From positions 128,001-192,000 of the forward strand of contig JBJBCN010000003.1 in the NCBI GenBank assembly GCA_047285805.1: a stretch of DNA of 64,000 nt, written 5' to 3'. Positions 20,364 through 29,009 of this stretch are shown piece by piece; position 1 is the first letter of the stretch; each line of letters starts with the position of its first letter. The translations under genes and the position numbers were made by a program. The notes beneath the pieces are model-generated. The model saw only the letters and a program-made list of their open reading frames with translations. It had not been told where the DNA came from and made no database searches. This DNA comes from Synechococcus sp. (GTDB lineage Bacteria > Cyanobacteriota > Cyanobacteriia > PCC-6307 > Cyanobiaceae).

Positions 20364-20677
20364 GACATGGGAGGAGTTGCGAAGACCCTAGAGCTTGAAG
20401 CGAGCGTTCGCGAAGTCAGGAACATTTTCATGACATCGATTATTGAATAATCCCTGTCTAGATTTTCACCCAAGATCCAAAGTCAATACAGAGGAAAACT
20501 CAGTAGAAGGGAAAGAGAGATCCTTGATCCCTGCACTATTCCACCAAACGAAACGTATGGGATGCATTATCCGCAATGCCTCATGAAAACACCAAACAAC
20601 CGACCTTCAATTTGCCCACTCGACTCAAGCGATGCCTTAAGTTCGGAATCAAAGAGGGCAGTGCAACATCATAATCA

Positions 20678-20938
20678 TCAGGACTCTTCGACTTCAGGAA
20701 ATCCCACTTGAGAGCGCCGAATCAGCTCAGCAAGCATCTCGAGTTTCGAATTTTCAGATTGAGAGGCACGAGTTGCCATCCAAGCTCGAGCAGCCTTCTG
20801 TTGTGCCAACTGCTGCACAAGCAAAAGTGCTATCTGGCGCAACTCATCTAAATCCGTGCAGTCATTAATCAGGCGAACAAACTTCTCACTCTCGAAAGAC
20901 ACTTCTAGCGACTGCTTGACAGGATCCATGGAAGCCAT
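20678..20938 (-). CDS. Hypothetical helical protein
   Basis: 86-aa ATG ORF, 3 nt downstream of the DedA-like gene. Confidence 0.65.
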   Translation of the reverse strand: MASMDPVKQSLEVSFESEKFVRLINDCTDLDELRQIALLLVQQLAQQKAARAWMATRASQSENSKLEMLAELIRRSQVGFPEVEES

Positions 20939-20941
20939 GTG

Positions 20942-21610
20942 TCAAATGTTTCGGTTATCAGTTCGGTTCGGCAACGCAAAACGGCGTCGAACCTTGGCCT
21001 GTATCAACGCTAAGATTAAAACACCCACAACCGCGGCGACCAAGGTCGACTTTCCACTGTCAAAAACGCCAGCACCTAGAGCCACGATCGGCAGGTCACT
21101 CATGAAGACGCTCAAAAATAAAGCCGGCAAGAAACGCTTAAGCGGGGTACCTGCGATACCCAAGCCGTAACTCACAAAATCAAAAAAACCAGTCATCAAA
21201 AGACCGGTCATCAAAAAGAAATTGGATTCAACCTTGGAGCCACTGAAACGCTCCACCATCGACATAGCTTTGTCACCAACTAGTCGACGCACGGGGCCCC
21301 TTCCAAAGTTGCGGGCCAACCAGAAGGCTAAGGAGCAGGCAATGACGTCAGTTAAGGCGATCGTCAAAAAGCCGGTCTTGAAGCCCAGGAGAGCACCAGC
21401 AGCAAGGGAATAAGCGGTGCTCGGCAAAGCTGGCAGAACAATGCTGACTCCGCGCAAAAGCATGATCCCGACAGGAGCCCAAACACCCATCGCCCCAAGG
21501 GACTGCCGAATTTGAGGCATGACATGGGCCTGGGCCAAAAGGGTCAAGCCAATAAACCCGAGGAGCACCAATAGGACCAGCAGTACTCGACGAAATGACG
21601 GGAAAACCAA
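20942..21610 (-). CDS. TVP38/TMEM64 (DedA/SNARE-associated) membrane protein
   Basis: LPALPSTAYSLAAGALLG, FWLARNFGR, FDFVSYGLG. Confidence 0.88.
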   Translation of the reverse strand: MVFPSFRRVLLVLLVLLGFIGLTLLAQAHVMPQIRQSLGAMGVWAPVGIMLLRGVSIVLPALPSTAYSLAAGALLGFKTGFLTIALTDVIACSLAFWLARNFGRGPVRRLVGDKAMSMVERFSGSKVESNFFLMTGLLMTGFFDFVSYGLGIAGTPLKRFLPALFLSVFMSDLPIVALGAGVFDSGKSTLVAAVVGVLILALIQAKVRRRFALPNRTDNRNI

Positions 21611-21679
21611 GACTCCACAGGGGAAGGGAAGCTATCATCTTTCCACAACAACTTTGCCCAAACAAAACAGCTACACTAA

Positions 21680-22375
21680 TTGTATCGAAAAGCCAGAAAA
21701 CAATTCAAGGAAGAGGAGCAGCTAGTGGCAATCCAAGAGCATCAAAACAGCAGCGACGAGCTACACAAAAAAAGATTAATACATGCAAACCGTGGAAAGT
21801 GGGAGAGCATCTTTGTTCGGATTGGATCCAATCGAGAAGAAACCGAACGCTTTCCATGCCACCTCAGCGTAATCGAAGAAAACGGCTTTATCGAAGCTCA
21901 ACTGACATACCAACAGTCAGGGAAGATTGCACGATCCGCTTTTCGTGACATTCCAGAATCGATGCAAGTTGAAGCCACTGGCGATTGGTCCCTCGGCCCC
22001 AGATTCCTCACGCAAGAATTCTGGACCACAGAGTTTTGTCTCTGCAGACCGCATGAACGCCGCAGGGCAATAGTCCGCCAATGCAGGAACTGGCTTGAAT
22101 CAATTGTTGTGATCGTGGAATGGAGAGCGGGGCATACTCACGCAGCCTTTTCGCGGGATCTACCACGCCCCATTTACCTCAAGGAATCCAGCAGCGAGAA
22201 CACGTCTACCTTTGCAGTCATGGGTGACGGCCTCTCACTTGGCTTAGAGCTCACGCTACTCAATACCCCTAAACAGCAAGCAACCACATGGACCTGGGAC
22301 TCGGCAGCTATCACACGGCGATACGGCATCGACAATCAACTCTTACAGGAACAGGCTAGGATTCACCCTTCCTGA
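21680..22375 (+). CDS. DUF3598-like beta-barrel protein; start uncertain
   Basis: NRGKWESIFVR, GDWSLGP, EFCL..PHERRR pattern. Confidence 0.55.
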   Translation: MYRKARKQFKEEEQLVAIQEHQNSSDELHKKRLIHANRGKWESIFVRIGSNREETERFPCHLSVIEENGFIEAQLTYQQSGKIARSAFRDIPESMQVEATGDWSLGPRFLTQEFWTTEFCLCRPHERRRAIVRQCRNWLESIVVIVEWRAGHTHAAFSRDLPRPIYLKESSSENTSTFAVMGDGLSLGLELTLLNTPKQQATTWTWDSAAITRRYGIDNQLLQEQARIHPS

Positions 22376-22586
22376 AGTTCCGCAAAACTTCAACGTCCTG
22401 CTCCGGATCAATGCTTAGATCCGTCAAGACCAACGCCTTACCGATCGTGTTAATGGCGTACTCAATCGCGGCCAGGGACTTCGCCCCGTCTGAACTCCTT
22501 CGCCCAGCGCGAATGACGTCTGGGGTCACAAACGCGGCAGCCTTGTTGAACTGAGCGGCAATCTGGGCCAATTGCTCATCCATCAT
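22356..22586 (-). CDS. Hypothetical protein
   Basis: MMDEQLAQIAAQFNKAAAF...AIEYAINTIGKALVLTDLSIDP. Confidence 0.6.
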   Translation of the reverse strand: MMDEQLAQIAAQFNKAAAFVTPDVIRAGRRSSDGAKSLAAIEYAINTIGKALVLTDLSIDPEQDVEVLRNFRKGES

Positions 22587-22853
22587 GCAAGAGGCCAGCG
22601 GGGTCAACCCTGAGCATCTCATTCACCGCGGCCTAGCGCCAGCGTGTCAGCATAAGACGCGCGAGTCCAACTCAATGTTATCGCGCATGAAATCGGGGCG
22701 GTCCAGGCTTGGAAGCGGCGCAAGGGACGGCTCCTATCCGTTCATCCCAGCAAGGGCAATCGTGAGATTTCAGCGTGTCGAGCGGATGAAATGCTCAGGA
22801 CCTTCTTTCTGACCTGCTCCTGGTCATCAAGAGCCCAGCTCGGGCGACTCCAG

Positions 22854-23018
22854 TTGAAGCTAAACCCCTGGCAGCGATTCAGCACTGAAGGCAGAAGGAG
22901 CCTCATCAAAACTGTTCAAGACGAGAAGCCAAAGCCAGCTAGCGCCATGGCGGAGGCCATGAAACAGGAAACCGCCATCTTGAACACGATTATCAGGCGA
23001 ACAAAAAAGATCCGCTAA
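22854..23018 (+). CDS. Possible small basic hypothetical protein; start uncertain
   Basis: Part of ORF 22791..23018; ends AMKQETAILNTIIRRTKKIR just before the hairpin. Confidence 0.35.
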   Translation: MKLNPWQRFSTEGRRSLIKTVQDEKPKPASAMAEAMKQETAILNTIIRRTKKIR

Positions 23019-23019
23019 C

Positions 23020-23045
23020 AAAAAAAAGAGCCCCAGAAGGGGCTC
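23020..23045 (-). terminator. Rho-independent terminator
   Basis: 7-bp GC-rich stem followed by 8 T on the minus strand. Confidence 0.85.
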
Positions 23046-23124
23046 GACGCATTTCTCTTGATGGAATCTAAAGAAAACAATGCAGGTGATCAAGCGAGAT
23101 TAAGCAATTCGACCCCTGGGATTA
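23020..23124 (-). ncRNA. Candidate small RNA with own promoter and terminator
   Basis: Minus-strand TTGACG-N16-TATAAG(CT) at 23158-23129; two internal hairpins; GAGCCCC-ttct-GGGGCTC-T8 terminator. Confidence 0.55.
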
Positions 23125-23196
23125 ACTGAGCTTATAAGTCAGAGGAGCAAGGCGTCAAGCGAGGACGTAATGATGGGTCAGTGAAGACCGCCCAAA

Positions 23197-23385
23197 GTGG
23201 ACCAAGCCTGGAAAGAGAGCGAGCAGCTACGACTTGAGAAGGTTCTCGCAATCGCAATAACAAGTCGGAACAAAGACATGCAAGCAAACATCGAACGCGA
23301 AATAGAAGCCCTCAAGCGAGAAGAACCCTCCCCACTCATCGCGGAATACCTAAACGAATACGGTGACGTCAGGGACGACCTGTAG
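23197..23385 (+). CDS. Small hypothetical protein (62 aa)
   Basis: GTG start; helical charged composition; ends SPLIAEYLNEYGDVRDDL. Confidence 0.55.
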   Translation: MDQAWKESEQLRLEKVLAIAITSRNKDMQANIEREIEALKREEPSPLIAEYLNEYGDVRDDL

Positions 23386-23406
23386 CGGCGCTTCAGCAAC
23401 AGCGAA

Positions 23407-23556
23407 TTAAGTCAGGAACCCCTCTAACTCAGCCAATGGGTCCGACTGCCCCTCAGCGATTGCTTTAGCTCGGGCGTAAAACCAGCTACCCGAGGAATTA
23501 GATCGTTCCAAACAAGCGGCGATGTTGAGCCAGTTCTCGCGTAATACGGAATCCAT
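23407..23556 (-). CDS. Small conserved picocyanobacterial protein (49 aa)
   Basis: MD..LRENW..I...LE......SWFY.RA.AI..G..DPL pattern, recalled from marine Synechococcus/Prochlorococcus small proteins; AGGGG RBS-like site. Confidence 0.65.
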   Translation of the reverse strand: MDSVLRENWLNIAACLERSNSSGSWFYARAKAIAEGQSDPLAELEGFLT

Positions 23557-23693
23557 CAAAAAACAACCCCCTAAAGGATCGCTGGACAAATACTGCAGCG
23601 CGAGCCCCCACGAGGTTCGGATCCCACCATCGGACGACGAAGCCACAGCATGACCAGGCGCTCTGTAAACTATTGTGAAGATACTCGGTCGTT

Positions 23694-24569
23694 GTGCTCA
23701 AGCGCTTTGGTGTTATTGGCTGCGGCTACGTGGGTTCGGCAGTGTGCAGACGACTCCACCGTGCGGGGTATGACGTCGTAGCGACAATCCGCGACCAGTT
23801 GCGTTTCCCGATCGTTGAAGCCCTGGGTGCAACGCCAGCGCTACTGGATCTGGCCTCCGAACAAACAGACTTCCGCTTCCTGGACGAACTTGATGGCCTG
23901 CTGATCAGCGTTGCCCCCACCCGACAAGAGGAGAACTACGAAGATGTCTATGCCAAAGGGATTGGCAACCTCGTTCAAGCCTTAAAAATATCCTCCAACG
24001 CCCGGCCTCTTCACATCACTTACATCAGCACTGTCGGTGTCTTTGGGGACCAAGGCGGCAACTGGGTGCATGAAGGATCGCCACTTGACCGGAGCCATCC
24101 AATAAACCGTCTACTTATCAATGCTGAGCAGGAGATCCTTGGACTGCAGGGATACAACAGAAATGTCTGCGTTCTCCGCTTGGGAGGCATTTATGGACCT
24201 GGCAGGGACATGGTTGCGCTGGTCCAACAAGCCGCTGGGCGTAACATCTCTCGAGATGGCGATCATATTCCAGCTTGGACTCACCTCGAAGACGTCACTC
24301 GAGGCGTAGAATTTGCCATATCCCACGATTTAAAAGGAACGTTCAACCTGGTCGATGATATGTGCCTAAGCCGGAGGCAATTGGCTAACATAATTTGCGA
24401 GCGCAGGGGACTTCCCCCCGTGATGTGGCGAGGTGCATCCAACGGGGCTCGTGTTGTAAATGCCTCGGTTTCTAACACTAAGATCAAGCGGAGTGGATTC
24501 ACATTTCTTTCCCCATCCATGTTGGGTTTATCAACACTGACCGGCAACAGAGTCAATAGTCAAGTCTGA
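23694..24569 (+). CDS. NAD(P)-dependent epimerase/dehydratase (atypical SDR)
   Basis: GCGYVG Rossmann motif, YISTVGVFG, LRLGGIYGPGR, FNLVDD. Confidence 0.9.
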   Translation: MLKRFGVIGCGYVGSAVCRRLHRAGYDVVATIRDQLRFPIVEALGATPALLDLASEQTDFRFLDELDGLLISVAPTRQEENYEDVYAKGIGNLVQALKISSNARPLHITYISTVGVFGDQGGNWVHEGSPLDRSHPINRLLINAEQEILGLQGYNRNVCVLRLGGIYGPGRDMVALVQQAAGRNISRDGDHIPAWTHLEDVTRGVEFAISHDLKGTFNLVDDMCLSRRQLANIICERRGLPPVMWRGASNGARVVNASVSNTKIKRSGFTFLSPSMLGLSTLTGNRVNSQV

Positions 24570-24848
24570 TCTGAGTTGAACCCTAACAAAATTAGCTCGA
24601 AATTACCTTGGATTATTTGTATATCTAGATCAACCAGTTATTTTCTAAATACGTTGATCCCGTGGTCGCCCAAAGGTGGCGACATGCCGATGAGGTTATT
24701 CGAGGTTAGCACTTCCTGATTAGTTTTAGTCTCAAGATTTTTCATATCACAAGTGGGGCGTAATAATGAATCTTCTCTTCCTTTCTCGCGTGCACGTATC
24801 CCGCGAGCCGAAGTCAGTTGCCACCAACACGAAATACTTTTTCGGATT

Positions 24849-24992
24849 GACAAACTGAGTCAGGGTAGGGCACTCGAGCTAGTGGTCAAATCCGTGCGAC
24901 AAAGCCCTAATGGCCTAAATCAACGGCTGCTGAAGCTGGAACTCGCGGGACTTGTGCGCAGCGCTCAAAGCCTGTGGTGGGATCCCAGTTGA
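24849..24992 (+). pseudogene. dprA: Probable C-terminal remnant of DNA-processing protein DprA
   Basis: QGRALELVVKSVRQSPNGLNQRLLKLELAGLVRSAQSLWWDPS* resembles the DprA winged-helix tail (LL.LEL.G.V); directly upstream of prmC. Confidence 0.55.
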
Positions 24993-25017
24993 GCAATCGG
25001 TTCATAGGCTGAGCAAC

Positions 25018-25914
25018 ATGGAGGACTCGGTCACAGCCAAAATTCTGCTGAGCTGGCGACAGACCATGCTCGACAAGGGGGGAGAGGCAAGCGCGCTTGA
25101 CTGGTTACTGGATCTCAAAGGGGGTGTGCGCTGGCAGCAGCTGCAGGCGTTGCGTCTCTACCCCGAGTCCACGCTGGCGCTCGAGCACGACCTCGGAACC
25201 CTTGAGGACCTCTGGCGGAGCCATCTGCAAGAGCAGATTCCACTGCAGTACCTGGTAGGCCTCTGCCCCTGGCGGGACCTCGAACTCAAAGTGGCCCCGG
25301 GGGTCTTGATTCCCCGCCAAGAAACCGAGTTGCTGTTAGAGCTCGCCCTGGACTGCGTCGGGAGGGAAGACGACCAAAGCGACATGCAGTGGGCCGACCT
25401 AGGGACAGGATCCGGGTGCATTGCGATCGGATTGGCCAAGGCTCTGCCCGGCAGCCAGGGCGTGGCCGTGGACCGTTCCAGCGAGGCCCTTGATCAGGCG
25501 AAGGCGAATGCGGAAGCGATCCTGAACAGCGACGCGTTGACCTTTGCGCAAGGGGACTGGTGGGAGGCGATCCAAGACCGCTGGGGAAAGCTCAATCTGG
25601 TGGTCAGCAACCCGCCCTACATCCCAGCCGCAATTTGGGCGGGACTTGAGCCAGTCGTGCGCGATCACGAGCCGGAGCTGGCCCTCAATGGGGGGACCGA
25701 TGGCTTAGATGCGATTCGAGCCATCGCCGGCGGAGCCTGCGCAGGCCTGAAGCCAGGCGGTTGGCTGGTGCTTGAGCACCACTACGACCAGAGCAGCGCG
25801 GTGATTGAACTCCTGGACCGTGCTGGCCTGATCAATGGAGAGGCCCACAGTGACCTGGAGGGCATCCAAAGGTTTGCCAGGGCACAGCGACCCATGGAGA
25901 TGGAGGAGGCATAG
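25018..25914 (+). CDS. prmC: Release factor glutamine methyltransferase
   Basis: PLQYLVG, VLIPRQETE, DLGTGSG, VSNPPY, HEPELAL.GG.DG. Confidence 0.96.
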   Translation: MEDSVTAKILLSWRQTMLDKGGEASALDWLLDLKGGVRWQQLQALRLYPESTLALEHDLGTLEDLWRSHLQEQIPLQYLVGLCPWRDLELKVAPGVLIPRQETELLLELALDCVGREDDQSDMQWADLGTGSGCIAIGLAKALPGSQGVAVDRSSEALDQAKANAEAILNSDALTFAQGDWWEAIQDRWGKLNLVVSNPPYIPAAIWAGLEPVVRDHEPELALNGGTDGLDAIRAIAGGACAGLKPGGWLVLEHHYDQSSAVIELLDRAGLINGEAHSDLEGIQRFARAQRPMEMEEA

Positions 25915-25916
25915 CC

Positions 25917-26504
25917 GTGGGCCAGAGCCTCGAGGAGACAGCGTTTGCGGCGGCCCTCCAGCAAGGCCAGGCTGGGGTCTTCCCAACCGACACCCTGCCG
26001 GCACTGGCGACAACACCGGAGAATGCCGCCCTGCTCTGGCGGATCAAACAACGCCCGCAGAACAAGCCAGTGATCCTGATGGGTGCGTACCGCGAGCAGC
26101 TCTTCAGCAGCTTGGAGCTGCACCCCCAGCCGAGCTGGCTGGAGCTCATGAACCAGCACTGGCCCGGTGCCTTGACCCTCGTGGTTCCAGCCGCAGGCCC
26201 TCGGCTCGAGCTGCTGAATCCAGGCGGAACAGCACTGGGGCTGAGGGTTCCGGCCTGCGAGCAAGCGCGAGCGCTTCTGCGCATCAGCGGGCCCTTGGCC
26301 ACAACCAGCACCAATCGCTCCGGGGAGGAACCCTGTCAAAGCGCGGAGGACGTGGAGCGGAGCTTCCCTGAACTCAACCGACTGGCGCCCGAACCATGGC
26401 CCAAACCCTCCGGTCAGGCCAGCACAGTGATTGCCCTGGAGCCGGGAGGCGGATGGCGCTTGCTCCGCGCTGGTGCTGTGATGCCAAAAGAGCGACTGAA
26501 CTAA
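25917..26504 (+). CDS. tsaC: L-threonylcarbamoyladenylate synthase (Sua5/YrdC)
   Basis: FPTDT, KQRPQNKP, WPGALT, GPLATTSTNRSG. Confidence 0.93.
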   Translation: MGQSLEETAFAAALQQGQAGVFPTDTLPALATTPENAALLWRIKQRPQNKPVILMGAYREQLFSSLELHPQPSWLELMNQHWPGALTLVVPAAGPRLELLNPGGTALGLRVPACEQARALLRISGPLATTSTNRSGEEPCQSAEDVERSFPELNRLAPEPWPKPSGQASTVIALEPGGGWRLLRAGAVMPKERLN

Positions 26505-26510
26505 CCGGAT

Positions 26511-26675
26511 ATGGCTTGGTTGCCCCTGGTCCTGGTGGTCCTGCTGAGCCTGCACGAATGGTTGTTCCAGCCCCTGCTGGACATCAGCGCAGCGCTGTTT
26601 GAACTCAGGCCGCTGCCCTGGCTGCTGCTCGCTGCTCTGGCCTGGCTGATGGCAGGGGCGTCAGCCAGTCGTTAA
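26511..26675 (+). CDS. Small hydrophobic membrane protein (54 aa)
   Basis: Manual translation MAWLPLVLVVLLSLHEWLFQPLLDISAALFELRPLPWLLLAALAWLMAGASASR*; ATG 6 nt after the tsaC stop; GC3-rich codons. Confidence 0.65.
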   Translation: MAWLPLVLVVLLSLHEWLFQPLLDISAALFELRPLPWLLLAALAWLMAGASASR

Positions 26676-26705
26676 GCCCTGTCTTGTCACGGCATCTGAG
26701 ACATG

Positions 26706-26731
26706 AAAAAGCCCCCGGCTTAGCCGGGGGC
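26706..26731 (-). terminator. Rho-independent terminator of psaAB
   Basis: AAAAA-GCCCCCGGC-tta-GCCGGGGGC. Confidence 0.85.
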
Positions 26732-26779
26732 ACTTGGTCGTCCCTCAAGGGAAGCAAGTCATGAGTTGATCGTCAGGGA

Positions 26780-28990
26780 TCAGCCGAACTTGCCAGAGGT
26801 GGAGGCGATCAAGAAGGCGGCGTAGGTCACGAAGTAGCCCACGGTGAAGTGAGCAAGACCAACCACACGGGCCTGAACGATCGAGAGAGCCACGGGCTTG
26901 TCGCGCCAGCCCACCAGGTTGGCGAGCGGGGTGCGCTGGTGAGCCCAGACGATGGTCTCAATCAGTTCCTGCCAGTAACCGCGCCAGGAGATCAGGAACA
27001 TGAAACCAGTGGCCCAGATCAGGTGACCGAACAGGAACATCCAAGCCCAGACAGCGAGGTTGTTGCTGCCGAACGGGTTGTAACCGTTGATCAGCTGAGA
27101 GGAATTAAGCCACAGGTAGTCGCGGAACCAGCCCATCAGATAGGTGCTGGATTCGTTGAACTGAGCCACGTTGCCCTGCCAGATGGCGAGGTGCTTCCAG
27201 TGCCAGTAGAAGGTCAACCAGCCCACGGTGTTCAAGGCCCAGAAGACAGCCAGATAGAAGGCGTCCCAGGCACTGATGTCACAGGTACCACCACGGCCGG
27301 GGCCGTCGCAGGGGAAGGAGTAGCCGAAGTCCTTCTTATCGGGCATCAGCTTGGAACCACGGGCATCCAGGGCACCCTTGACAAGGATCAGGGTGGTGGT
27401 GTGCAGACCCAGAGCGATGGCGTGGTGCACCAGGAAGTCGCCAGGGCCGATCTGCAGGAACAGATCGTTACCACCTTCGTTGATGGCGTTCATCCAACCA
27501 CCCATGTAGGCGGCGCTGGCGTTGCTAGCGGCGCTACCGGCGTTGGAGAGGAGCACGTCGAAGCCATACATAGCCTTACCAGAGGCGGCCTGCACGAACT
27601 GTGCGAAGACTGGCTCAACCAGGATCTGCTTCTCGGGGGTACCGAAGGCGACCACCACATCGTTGTGGACGTAGAGGCCGAGGGTATGGAAACCGAGGAA
27701 CAGGGAGACCCAGCTCAGGTGGCTGATGACTGCTTCTTTGTGCTCGAGCATCCGAGCAAGAACGTTGTTCTTGTTCGCCTCAGGGTCGTAGTCACGGATG
27801 AAAAAGATCGCACCGTGAGCGAAGGCACCGCACATCAGGAAGATGGCGATGTACTGGTGGTGCGTATAGAGGGCAGCCTGAGTCGTGTAGTCCTTGGCGA
27901 TGAACGCGTAGGACGGCATCGAATACATGTGCTGCGCCACCAGACTGGTCACAACTCCCAGGGAAGCCAGTGCAAGACCAAGCTGGAAGTGAAGGGAGTT
28001 GTTAATGGTGTCGTAAAGACCCTTGTGGCCAGCTCCAAGGTCACCAGGGGTGCCGTTGGGCGGGTTATGGGCTTCGAGGATCTCACGGATGGAGTGACCG
28101 ATACCGAAGTTGGTCCGGTACATGTGACCAGCAATCACGAACAGACAGCCAATCGCCAGGTGGTGATGGGCAATGTCAGTCAGCCAAAGGGCCTCACTTT
28201 GGGGATGGAAACCACCCAAGAAGGTGAGGATCGCGGTACCAGCGCCTTCTGAGGTACCGAACACCTGATAAGCGGTGTCGGGATTCTGGGCGTAAACGCC
28301 CCAGTTACCGCTGAAGAAGGGAGCCAGGCCTGCCGGGTGAGGCAGCACGTTGAGGAAGTTGTCCCAACCCACGTGTTGACCACGGGATTCCGGGATGGCC
28401 ACGTGAACCAGGTGACCGGTCCATGCGATAGAGCTGAAGCCGAACAGCACCGCAAGGTGGTGGTTCAGGCGGGACTCAGCATTCTTGAACCAGGCCAGTG
28501 AGGGCCGGAACTTCGGCTGAAGGTGAAGCCAGCCGGCGAACAAGGCCCAAGCCGACAGGATCATCATGAAGATGGAACCCTGGTACAGCTCAGCGTTGGT
28601 ACGCATGCCGATGGTGTACCACCAGTGGTACACGCCGGAATACGCAATGTTCACCGGGGAGGAGGCGCCGGCCTGGGTGAAGGCGGTGATGGCGCCTTGG
28701 CCGAAGTGGGGGTCCCAGATCGCGTGAGCGATGGGACGGACATGCAGAGGATCGGCGACCCACTGCTCAAAGTTGCCCTGCCAGGCGACATGGAACAGGT
28801 TGCCCGAAACCCAGAGGCCGATGATCGCAAGGTGACCGAAATGAGTGGAGAAAAGCTTTTGGTAAAGCTTTTCCTCCGTCATTCCGTCATGGCTCTCGAA
28901 GTCGTGAGCCGTGGCGATCCCGTACCAAATACGACGGGTTGTCGGGTCCTGTGCCAGACCCTGGCTGAACGAAGGAAATTTCGTTGCCAT
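26780..28990 (-). CDS. psaB: Photosystem I P700 apoprotein A2
   Basis: [34 protein letters not shown]. Confidence 0.99.
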   Translation of the reverse strand: MATKFPSFSQGLAQDPTTRRIWYGIATAHDFESHDGMTEEKLYQKLFSTHFGHLAIIGLWVSGNLFHVAWQGNFEQWVADPLHVRPIAHAIWDPHFGQGAITAFTQAGASSPVNIAYSGVYHWWYTIGMRTNAELYQGSIFMMILSAWALFAGWLHLQPKFRPSLAWFKNAESRLNHHLAVLFGFSSIAWTGHLVHVAIPESRGQHVGWDNFLNVLPHPAGLAPFFSGNWGVYAQNPDTAYQVFGTSEGAGTAILTFLGGFHPQSEALWLTDIAHHHLAIGCLFVIAGHMYRTNFGIGHSIREILEAHNPPNGTPGDLGAGHKGLYDTINNSLHFQLGLALASLGVVTSLVAQHMYSMPSYAFIAKDYTTQAALYTHHQYIAIFLMCGAFAHGAIFFIRDYDPEANKNNVLARMLEHKEAVISHLSWVSLFLGFHTLGLYVHNDVVVAFGTPEKQILVEPVFAQFVQAASGKAMYGFDVLLSNAGSAASNASAAYMGGWMNAINEGGNDLFLQIGPGDFLVHHAIALGLHTTTLILVKGALDARGSKLMPDKKDFGYSFPCDGPGRGGTCDISAWDAFYLAVFWALNTVGWLTFYWHWKHLAIWQGNVAQFNESSTYLMGWFRDYLWLNSSQLINGYNPFGSNNLAVWAWMFLFGHLIWATGFMFLISWRGYWQELIETIVWAHQRTPLANLVGWRDKPVALSIVQARVVGLAHFTVGYFVTYAAFLIASTSGKFG

Positions 28991-29009
28991 TGGGAAAGGT
29001 CAGGAGAGG

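Larger units (their letters stand above)
19871..24848. other. Lower-GC accessory islet of small hypothetical genes
   Basis: Visible drop in GC relative to flanks; short genes on both strands; no integrase, transposase or att repeat seen. Confidence 0.65.

Noticed and set aside
22860..23093. 77-aa TTG-start minus-strand ORF
   Set aside because: It reads straight through a strong terminator and poly-T; the region is better explained as an sRNA
24638..24853. 71-aa minus-strand ORF and AT-rich spacer at the right islet edge
   Set aside because: No recognisable motif or RBS; cannot be supported as a gene
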